DNA from: Proteromonas lacertae
Taxonomy: Eukaryota
DNA length: 64,000 bases
NCBI GenBank assembly: GCA_002245135.1
Contig: NGBS01001162.1
Location: 186,001 to 250,000, forward strand
Direction of reading: 5' to 3'
Of the stretch, positions 40,728 through 52,162 are shown one piece after another (position 1 is the first letter of the stretch; the number at the start of each line of letters is the position of its first letter). A model generated the notes under the pieces. That model had not been told where the DNA came from, did no database searches, and saw only the letters and a list, made by a program, of their open reading frames with translations. A program made the position numbers and the translations under genes.

Positions 40728-43700
40728 ATGCAAGAAGGTTCTAATAGAATTTTGAATTACAGAAAAGAAAAATGTAGCTTTGTGAAGGTATACTTATACA
40801 ATAACGTAATTAGAATGATCAATTTGTGTCTATAATAGATGCTCATACTATAAATGGTAAGAAAGTGGAAAAATACTTAGAAATTCTGAGAAATGTGAAG
40901 CTTACATCTAATTACTTATATTCATATGATAATATCAGTGTTATTGACAATAAAATTAGGTTAGAAATGAAATATTATAAAGAAAGAAGTCTGGATATTG
41001 TATTGCCAAATATAGATGATATATATGCTGTCATGAAAAAAATAATAAAAGCAATATACAGCATGAATTGCAATGAAAGTATTTGTGGAAATTTAAAACC
41101 ATCAAACATTTTTATTGATGATTATGGAAATCCTGTTATAAGTGATTATAGTCAATATTTACTAAATGGTAAAAACAGTGAGACATATAATTTCAATTAC
41201 TTTTTTACCCCTGAGCAATTTCAGTGCAAAGAAATAACTGATAAAAGCGATGTATATTTATGTGGTTTGATGATTTATTATATTCTTACAAAAGGTGAAT
41301 ATTTATTTAATAAAGTTGGAATTAGTGATTTAATAAGAGAAATGCAAGATATTAATTCTGTAATTGATAAATCGAAATTGTCTGAAAGATATAAATACTT
41401 ACTTAAGGAAATATTACAATATAATGAAAATAATAGAAGTAATATAACATTAATAATTTCAATTTCTTATCCAGAGAATATATTAAAACTTAAATTAGAA
41501 ACAATTATAAGTATCTGGGTTTTTTATGATAATTATGATTTAAAAGAAAGAGCAATTAATGCGATAATAATGGATGATTGTATAGAATATTTATATATTT
41601 TAACGTATAGCAATAATACAAGAAATAAAACATGAATTTAAGAATAATATTAATGATCCTATTATGTTTGACATAATATTTAACATATGTTTGGTAAATC
41701 AAGATTTTAAAACAGAGTTAATTATAGATTTGACTAATGTTGGTGTATTATTATATAATAGAATGGTTGAGAAAATATATAAAATACTTAAAGAGAAGAA
41801 TAAAAATAAAAAGATTAATAAGAATAAGATAATAGTTGAGAAAAGAAAAGATAAAGTATATATTGATTTGAAAAGCACTATTATTGCGTTGAGATGTATT
41901 AATGATAATCATTCTATTGTATTAAGAGGTATTATATTAATCATTTTATGTTTCATACATTATAGATTCTCATTTTGAGAATGATAGAATAGTGATGCTA
42001 TTGAAATCATATCCACTTGTTAAGAAAGTTACATTCTATCATATAGCAGAAACTCATTTATCACCTTTTGAAATGAAAATGGATTTAGACACAATAGAAA
42101 TAGTTGGTATTTTTTCAGTTATATTTATTCTTTTAGATTTATTCAGAACGGCATATAGATTTCCAGATATAATTAATAAAATTATGGAGAATAACTCATA
42201 TAATGAATCTATATCTTTTTTAGGTCATACATTTGTTAGTAATCCAAAAGTTTATTATGTACAAACAAGTATTACTATATTCGACGCATTGAAACGTTTA
42301 GAAAATATAAAACAATTTGTTATTAGATCTAATTGTGATAATCATTTGGAATATGTAAAAGATTATAGGAATTTAAGTTCATTAGGTTTAGAATATGCAG
42401 ATGAAGACTATATCAACAATCTATCAATATCACATACAGAACAGTATTTAGAATCATTTAAGAAGTTTTTATTACATTTATCAAATTTAAATAAACTAAA
42501 ATCATTGAATTTGAAGGGATGTTGTCTATCTAATGAAGATGTCCTTTATATATTATCACAACAATTAAAAACACTTCCTAATTTATCATCATTTAAATTA
42601 GATTCTATTGATAAGAAAGGATATAATAAAATACATCCTAATAACTTAAGTTTATTAGTTGATTCATTATTAACAATTACTACTTTGAAAGCTGTAACAT
42701 TATTAGCAATACCTGAAGATAACAATGTGATTATCAGATTAGTTGATAATATTTCAAGATTAAGCCAATTAGAGAATTTAGAGTTTATCTGTATTTCTTA
42801 TTGTAGTTATATTTTGAATAGTTCCAAATCCTAATAATGATGTTATAAATAGCTTATTCAACAATTCAACTTATTTAAATCAACTAAAGTCATTATTAAT
42901 TCATTATCCACAGATTATGCCTAATCCAAAAAGAAACTATTCAGATGAATGTAATAATTTAACAAATTTGAAACATTTGAAGTTGAAAGGTGGAAAAGAT
43001 ATTCCATTCTTTTTAAAGAGTATGATGAATGTGAATTGGAAATATTTAGAAGAATTATCCTTATCTTCAGAGAGTATTATATACACTGTAATTGTTATTG
43101 TTATTATATAATAGATATAGAGTTACTGAGTTTATTACCCAGTGTTTATTATACAATAACACAATTAAAATCATTATCAATTGAAGTTAATAATGAAAAT
43201 GATGAGATGATTAATCACAACATATGTGATGGTATATCTCAACTAAGTAACTTAGAAGAATTAGATTTATCCAAGCTGAATATTGATGAAGAATATTTGA
43301 TAAACAATTTCAAATATTTCAATAAAATGAAAGTATTAAGATTAAAATGTGTTAATCCATCCAATTCTGAGTTATTTATTAAACATATGAAGAATTTAAC
43401 CAATTTAGTTGAGTTATCATTAGAATATATTTCTGAAACTGTTTATATGAACAAATTATTTTTAAGATATTTACCAAATCTTCAATTCTTATTAATTGAT
43501 GATATAGATCAAATGATCTGTATATTATTTGTTTATATATTGTGATAGATATATTAAAATCATTCGAATTAATTGAAGAAGAGAAAAAAAGTTATAGTAA
43601 AAGATCAATAGATGATATTTTATTATTACCAAATAGTATATTAAATATCTTTAAATTTTCGAAACGGCATTACTGTGGTATAAGTGAAGTAATTGAAGAT

Positions 43701-44502
43701 GTAAGATATCTATGTGAATTATCACTTTGTAATTTAGAATCATATCATTTTGATATACATTATAAATCAATATCAAACATGTCAGTAAAAGGAAATCCTC
43801 TTTGGTGTTTGTTTAGAATATTTAATTTTCTTAAAAACAATGGTTATGGTATGAATTTATCTGAAGAAGTGGAAAGTTTTGTTTATTTTATGGAATTAGA
43901 AAAAATGATTAAAGAAATGAAGAAAACAAATATTGATCCTATTGTTACTGAGCATGATTGTATGGTTATACAGTTGAAAATTATTTTAAATAACATAAAG
44001 AATGATAGAAGTTTATTTTGTTTTAGAAATAGACAATATGATAATCTTACTAATTATTTCAAGAATTTTGTTGATGAGAAAATATCTAATTTAAGAAAAC
44101 ATGATTATTATTTAAATATAAATCAAACTTATTGCAGAGATGATGGTTTGAAATATATTTGTGGATTTTCCAACAGATTTAGTAATTTATTATGTTTATC
44201 TCTTTACGACAATTTAATTACTTCAAATGGAATGAAGTATCTTACATCAATACTTTGTTATATGCCAAAATTAACATATCTCAATTTAGAAAGTATGAAT
44301 AAATATAATATAGATTTATATATTTATTATTATAGAAAATAAAGTGGATAATAATGGTGCTGGTTATTTGGCTTTTCATTTGTATGAAATTAAAGAATTA
44401 GCTGTGTTGAATGTTGTTGATAATGAAATAAATGCAATTGGGATAGGATATTTAAAATTTTATTTAGATCATTATTATATGAATATAACTCTCTTATTTT
44501 AA
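40728..44502 (+). CDS. Pseudokinase + leucine-rich-repeat protein (8 introns)
   Basis: Kinase-fold motifs CGNLKPSNIFI (HRD lost), ISDYS (DFG lost), FTPE and KSDVY..G, followed by many LxxLxxLxL repeats and RI-like N.I...G...L repeats. The exons join in frame. Confidence 0.78.
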
Positions 44503-44663
44503 TTTTGTTTTATTGATAATTGAAAGAATGAAAATTTAAAATAATATATCCGTTTTGCTCAAATCAAGTTTTTTGTGATTAAAAAAAGATAGAATTTCTC
44601 TTAAATTAATGATAGATTATAGTTTAATTTATTATTAAAGTCGTTATAATATACTATCCTACA

Positions 44664-45662
44664 ATGTTGAGCAATTATTTATCAAAATCATGGAAGGTTT
44701 GCATTGTAGTTGTGTTTATATTTATGGATAATGTTATGTCTAAAAGTAAAAAAGAAAACGAAAATGATGTTGATATTTTGTTACCTCTTCCTCCTGTGAA
44801 TAGAACTTTTTTACGTCATTCTCAAACTTATAGATTCACTCATGGTATAATATGTATATATTAAGTTATATAGACGTTGATGCATCTTATAATGTACTTT
44901 TAGATGTAATAATGTTAGTAATTTCATTTTGGATATTTATATCAATCATATTTTGTAGATTCAATAAGTAACTATTGTGTTATATGTTTATTATATAGGA
45001 ATATATCAAATTACTTGGCAATTACACCAAGAAATATGTTTGAAAAAGAAGTTTTAACAAAATATGAGTATAATTGTTTACTTTATATCTTATAAAATAG
45101 TGTATATCCTCCATCAGTTAATGGTACATCGAGTATATTAGATATCGATCATATATTGATGTTATATTATCATATACCTCCTCATTCCCAAGTTTTGCCA
45201 TTTAATTTGATATATAAAGCATCTGAAGATGGATATGCATTAATGACACTTTATAATAAATGTAAGAATTTGCAATGTAGTTGTATGTTAATTATTAAAA
45301 CAGAAGAACATGTTATTATTGGTGCTTATTTATCTGAACCTCCTTCTGTAGGAAATGGATTTAAAGGAGATGTATAATATTATGTTATTATTATCATTAT
45401 ATATTTATAGGGAACAACATTTCTATTTCGTTTTACTGAGACTGATATAGAATGTTATTATTGGCAACATACCAATAGATATTTTGGTAATTATTCCAAG
45501 AATGTACTTGGAATAGGAAGTGAAGGAGGTTATGGAATTAGACTTGACGATACTTTACTGAATGGAATAACAGAGCATTGTAATACTTTTAATAACCCAC
45601 CATTAGTAAAAAGTGAACATTTTTCCTGCTTAGAAGTTGAGGTATGGGGAATGCATTGGTGA
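44664..45662 (+). CDS. TLDc-domain (OXR1-like) protein; 5' exon structure uncertain
   Basis: LIYKASEDGYAL.TLY..C, IKT....IIGAY, G.GTTFLF, LGIGSEGGYGIRLDD.L..G.TE.C.TF.N.PL and EVEVWG. Confidence 0.82.
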
Positions 45663-45803
45663 TTAAGTTGTTCATCATAGATTTTATTAATTTAATGTTT
45701 TTTAATTGTTTTTAATTGAGAAATAATATTATGTATTATCATTTGTCCTAATTGTAATTTAAAAAAACAAAAACTAACTACAAAAAAAAGAAAAGAAAGT
45801 AAA

Positions 45804-47838
45804 TTATAAATTATATTTTGGAATTGAAATATTCCACGATTCTCTTTCATGTGGAGGTATATATGGAATTCCTAAAGTTCTAAAAATCTCTTCTTCACTA
45901 TTGCACTGAACACTTTCACCTGATTGAACATGTTCTCTTCCTAGGAATATAGCTTGAGTCAAACTCTGATCATTTAAAGACCAACCCTTTCTTCTTGCAT
46001 ATAATCTCATTGAACGATTGAAATTATCAGATCCTGTAAAATATAATACTGCAAAAGCATATTGATTGATTGGATATATTTTTATATCAATTCTCCTGCA
46101 TATTTTATACTTTTCATCATCTAATAATTTGCAAATACCCATATAACTATTCATTTTATTATTTCCACTATTATGTGGCATAGAGAGATGAGCTTGTAAA
46201 AAACCTAAGCATGTTAATTTTTCTATTAATGGGTATATAATATTACATTCTCCATTTGATGTTGTTATTAATACATCTACATCTCCACACATTGCTTTAC
46301 CTCTTCTATAACTTCCACAAGCAGTTACTACTACATCATTTGAAATAGTCTTTGCTATTTTCTCAACAAACTTTTCAATTTCACATGCTTCTTCTCTTGG
46401 CATTTTTTGATTAATATCTTTATAATATTTCACACCAATTCTCTGTTGTTCTGTTAGATTATCAAATTCTTTCTTTTCTATATCTTCAATTGTTCTATAT
46501 CCTTTAGAATATAAATCTTGAGCTGTTTTACATCCTACACCCCAAATATTCATAAACTGTAATAGAGTTTTAACATGAGGATCACTTGTTAAATTTTCTG
46601 TTCTTGTGCACTTACCATCTGTTAAAATTTCATTTATTTTGCTTAATATTTTATCTCCTATGCCTTTTATTGATTTTGCTTCATTTATTGAGTTTATCTT
46701 TTTAGGATGATTCTTTAACGCATAGACAGCTTTCTTATAAGCAAAAGATCTCCAATTGTCTTTCAATGCTTGTATATATTTCTACTAATGGCTCTAAATG
46801 ACAAGTCTATTTAAATAATAATTATATATATATATATATATATACTATATGTTCATTATGATTGATATAGAAATCAGAATTTGGATCACTTGAATTATCA
46901 TTTAATGATTGTAAAGAGTTAATAGGATTTGCTGATAAAGAAAAAGATGGCTGTGATAAAATTAGATTATTTTGTTTATTTTCTGTAGATGTAATAAATG
47001 ATATAGGATTTTGTGATAATGATTTGTTATTATTCTCTTTTGGGGGAAATAAATCAATATCTTTACTTCCTGATATTATTTGTGAAAAAAATGACTTTCC
47101 TTCCCTTTCAACACTAGGAACTTCTGTTGTATTTTCTACATCTGATAGTGTTTGAGATTTTGAACTTCCATTACTATCTGAATATGTTGAAACAATAGAA
47201 GATGCTCTACTTGTTGAAGATGGAACAAATGGTGATGAATTAATATCATTTTCACTTTTTATTGAATGGGTTTGAGATATTGGAGTTGATAATATGCTAG
47301 TTTCATTACTGAATATACTTTCTGCTTCATTTTCTTTAGGTGATTCATCGTTAGATTTAGAATGTGAAAATGAAACTGATGTAGATGGAGCAGATTTTGG
47401 TATATCTTCAATATGGATTGGTTGTGATTGATATAAATATAAATTCTCATTTACACGGGATTTTGTTTTAAGACATTCTAAAATCCACTTAAAAATTACT
47501 ACTTTGTAAGAATCACTTTCAAAATTGTTTCCTAATATTGAACAAAGTTTAGAGAAGGATAATGTATTATCTACAATCTATGAATGATATTATTATTGAA
47601 TTAATTATACTACATGAGTTACTTCTGAGTTTAACTGATTTGAAACTTTACCTCCACCTGACACTATTTTTTTAGACCATAATTTAATTTGAAGTTTACT
47701 TATTTGACTTCCCTGTGGTAAGATATAGACATTTATATTCTCAAAGATGTTATTCAGGGTTGATATATTATTTTTTGACTTTTTTGTACTAGCTCTTTTT
47801 TGTTGATCTACGCCATTCTTTCTCTTAGAGGGTTTCAT
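45804..47838 (-). CDS. POLL: DNA polymerase lambda (X family, BRCT + 8-kDa lyase + polymerase); +1 frame break at ~46770
   Basis: N-terminal BRCT (GGKV..THV..W..ECLK), Ser-rich linker, NHNEHIT..L..L...Y, WR...Y.KA, GIG.KI, IWGVG..TA, GSYRRGK..CGDVDVL, RRIDI and YFTGS..FNRSMR. Confidence 0.9.
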
Positions 47839-48064
47839 TCAAATCTACCAATAAATTTGAGTAAATATGTCTGATAATAGTTCAAATATGTTTAAAATCA
47901 ATATTTTTATATAAAAATTCACTGATAACTTGCTATGTGGGTATTTAAAAAGAAAGAAAATATAACTGTCAAATTCAATTTGTAGTCCTTTCCTACTGAA
48001 ATTACTTTATCATTAGAAACATCAGAAAAACAATAAAATTATAAATAAACTATTGTATATACAA

Positions 48065-48692
48065 TTACTTAAATTTTATATAACATAAATCACTAATATC
48101 TACTATATCAGTATTATCATCAATAAATCTAATTCTTATTCTTCTATCACATACAAAACTCATAACTTCTACAGGATAATTGTTCTTTTTACAATAAAAA
48201 GTACTGCCAATGATAATTTCATCTTCTCTTTCTATTTGTAATATGTCTAATAAATAAAAAGGTTGAGGTAGTATACAACCTTTTTGTGTTTGTACTGGTA
48301 GTAATGGAGGTTGTTGTTTATTTATATACTTATTTATTCTGTATTTCTTCTTTCTTTTATCAGAATCTGAACTTGAACTAGAAGTTGAAGTTGAATCTGA
48401 ACTACTACTACTCTTCTTCTTCTTTTTAATTCTGTATTTCTTCTTAAGTTTATCAGAATCTGAATCTGAGCTAGAACTTGAGTCTGAACTACTCTTCTTA
48501 TATTTTTTAACTTTCTTTATTCTATATTTTTTCTTTGGATTATCAGAACCAGAGCTTGAGCCTGAATCAGAATCAGAACTAGAATCGGAAGTATCTTTTT
48601 TCTTACTATTTCTAATGTAACAAAAGATAAAAATAATACTAATATCCACTTTTTAAAAATCCTTTACCTTTCTTAGAGGCAAGAAATTGCAT
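48065..48692 (-). CDS. Ser/Lys-rich repeat protein with a small C-terminal beta-barrel-like domain
   Basis: Three repeats of S/D-rich tract + KKKYRI. ATG 48692 joins the frame only through the distal acceptor (intron 48639-48606). Confidence 0.55.
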
Positions 48693-48981
48693 TTATTGAA
48701 AAAACTTGAAAATATTCAAACATTTTAATTGTCCTGTAATACTGTGATTTATTGTATAAGAAACAATCAGGTTGAAACTATATATTATATATACTTAGTT
48801 ATCTCCTCTAATGTAGTTATTATTTATGTTTTATAGCAAATAATTACAATATAGAAGTATACAAAAAGAATCTCTAAGTTTTTCTTTTTATTTTAGCATT
48901 TCTTTAAGAGTAAAGATTTTTCTTAAGTTTGATTTACTGTAAAAATCAACAAAAACAAAACAGAATGAAGAATATTATCAA

Positions 48982-50701
48982 TTAATTCTTCTTATTCTTA
49001 TTCTTATTATCAGGAGACCAAGGTTCCCATATACCATCATGCTTACTTGGATCACTATCAGGATCTTTGACATTATATTGAGAAGGAACAATATGAGGAA
49101 GTTCATCTATACATCTCTCCAATATAGTTTTAACAACATCAACATGTTCTAAAGCAACATTCTTTCTTTCAGTTGGATCAGCAGTTACATTATATAATCT
49201 TACTCCTTCATATAAATCAGTGTTGTTATTAATATTCAATTTATTTAATAATCCTTTAACTTCTTCATCTTCAATTTGAACACCATGTTTCTCACCTTTT
49301 TCAATTCCTTCTTCAGTAACCCATTCATTAAATGGACCAGCAAAACCAGCAATTAATTTCCACTCATTTAATCTGTAAATACAAGCAGGACTTACTTCTT
49401 CCATTGTTCCTTTATCTAATGTATGACTTAAGATATTATGAACAATCTATTAAATATATTGAATATTATTTATATTTATATATACATGATTTCTAGGTGA
49501 TGGTTTATTATTTATCAATGAATCAGACATATCCACACCATCTAATTTAAATGTACCATTTGTACTAACATTACAAAATGACGCTATTGTTGGCAACCAA
49601 TCAACTGCATGCATTAATCCATTATATACTTCACCTTTATGTGGTAAATCACTTTTCCATAATAAACCAATTACTCTAATGCCACCTTCATAATGTGTTT
49701 TTTTACCACCTCTTAGTGGAGTATTTAATGCACCATATGAATAATCTGTACTAGTAATCATACCACCATTATCTGAAGAAAATATTAATATTGTATTATT
49801 CAATAAACCTCTATTAATTAATATATATTATGATTAATAATACTCTTGTTTTAATGTTTTGGTTATATTTCCGATTGATTCATCCATTACTGTCATCATT
49901 GCTGCATATTTTCTTCTTGGTTCATATGTTATATTCTTATACATGTTCACGTAATAATCTGGAGCTTCTAAAGGAGTATGAACACTTTGATATGGCAAAT
50001 AAATGAAAAATGGTTTGGATTTATCTCTCTTGTTTTTAATAATATCATTCACATGTTCTGTGAATAAATGAGTACCATATTTACCTTTATCTTCAAATGC
50101 ACATTTGCTGCAATCCTTACCACAGTTGGGATGACTTCCATTTCTTAAATCGAAACCATTACCAAAATAATGTGTGAAATATGTTTCACTTCCACATAAA
50201 TATCCATACCAAGTGTTAAAACCACGATAACTGGGTGTATGTTCCCATTTATAAAAACCTAAGTGCCATTTGCCTACCATATGGGTATCATATCCTCCTT
50301 TATTCATTACTTGAGCAATTGTTGTCTCATTTAATGGTACAGCGGCTTGAGCTCCTTCATGGATCCAGGAATCTTGTAATCCATATCTCATTGGATATCT
50401 TCCTGTCATAAATGCCTAAAAAAACATTATATATGCTTTATATCAATATTACATACAGCTCTGGTTGGAGAGCAAACAGACTGAACATAATAGTTGTCAA
50501 GAAGTATTCCTTCCTCTTTTAGCTTGTCTAAATTTGGTGTTTTGATTTTATTTTGATTTTTAAATCCCACATCCCAAAATCCCATATCATCAGCAACTAA
50601 TAAATTAGATCTCATACTTTCATACACATAAATATCACATTGGGTCTATTTTGCTGACATAATATTCCTGAAAACAACAGAAAAAATAATAAGCACTTCA
50701 T
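48982..50701 (-). CDS. Secreted arylsulfatase B-like sulfatase (S1 family, Cys-type; 4 introns)
   Basis: Signal peptide, RPNVIFMFADDMG, TPNLD.L, CSPTR (formylglycine motif), TGRY, GKWHLG, RGF, SVH.PL, SDNG, N.PLRG.K...YEGGIRV and DWLPT. Confidence 0.92.
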
Positions 50702-50889
50702 TAACCTGAAATGATTGAATTAATTTAAAAAGAAACACAATCTTCAACAAATTGTTTTGATAATTATTAAAATCTTTAATCGCATAAAAATGATGTTTAT
50801 GAGATGATAATATTATATTCTCTTTCTAATTAACATAACATAATTTAATATAATGAAATCTATCTTTAATTTATTAATATTATCTATAT

Positions 50890-52106
50890 TCATATTGTTG
50901 CTTGTAATTTACCAATTACAGGCAAAGGTGTATCACTGGCAGTTTTTACCAACAGTAAATCCTCTTCATTCTCTAAATTTAACATATTTTCTATAATCAT
51001 TATAACAATTATATATATACTTGGAGATAAATCAGATAGAGGTAGATCAAATGAATACAATGATATTCCAATAATAGAAATAATAAATCCAATCACATAA
51101 AACAGAGAAAATGGATTTTTATTATTCAAAATATCATACGAAAATGAAGTGTAAATAATTGTTGTTAATTGACTTAACTTCACATATACAGCATCAGTGT
51201 GTTTCAATAAATACTATAATAATATATCAATAATAATATATACCAAATAAAAGAGATAATAAAAGAACAAACATATTGCACATATTGAAAGTAATCTATA
51301 AAATGATTCATTCGTTTCATGTATCATTTGATCTGTTTCCATTAATAACGCTAATAATGAGTTAACTAAAGTACCACATACACCTAACATACCGTAATAC
51401 TCAGTAATATCGTGTAACTTCACAATGCCTTCTTGAGCCATTAATAATGCGACTTTTACCAATGAAGCAGATATGACTGATATAATACCTATTATACTAT
51501 CCTTATTATTAGGATCACCTTCCAGATTATTAATATCAACATTATTACCACTTCCATTGTTGAGTTCTACTAATACTGGGAATATTAAGCCAGATATGGT
51601 TATTATTATTAACAGCATATGCTTTCCTTTGAATCTAACACCCAAAGCCACAAATGCGAATATTATGCAAAATGGAACTGATGAGGTTTGACAGAGATAT
51701 AATGTGTTTGGACTTGCATATTGATATGATAGTAATAAGAAATATGTTGACATTACATCCAAAAAAGACAGAAAGAAATATTTCCAACAATTCACAGATA
51801 GGATAGCACCACTTGTAATGATTTTTGGAATCATAATAAAAGATAAAAGAACAAAAGTAGGAAGAATCTGTGTTGCTGGAGATGAAAACTATTACAAAAA
51901 TATTAGACAAATATCATACATTGTTATCAACCATAGTAGAATTTGCAACAGCTGATATTGTGTATATAATACAAGCGATCTAAAGATTAAAGTGTAGAAC
52001 ATACTTGGCCTATTAAAATGTTGTGAACAATCCATAAATAATGTTTTAGCTTCTCAATCCGAGGATCAGTTGGTTTAACTACTACAGATTCCTCTGTTTC
52101 TTCCAT
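50890..52106 (-). CDS. SLC35F1/F2-like drug/metabolite transporter (4 introns)
   Basis: Multiple TM segments with motifs LIGQ, P.TQ, WKYFFLSFLDV..TYFLLLSYQY, and QE..VK....EY.GMLG..G. Confidence 0.75.
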
Positions 52107-52140
52107 TTTTAAAAATTTTCTATAAAACAGTTTGACTCAC

Positions 52141-52147
52141 TCAAGCC
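52141..52147 (+). promoter_or_regulatory. Candidate core-promoter element TCAAGCC in a 56-nt divergent intergenic region
   Basis: 15 nt upstream of ATG 52163; preceded by AAAACAGTTT, as at 8932. Confidence 0.45.
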
Positions 52148-52162
52148 ATCATTCTAAAAACA

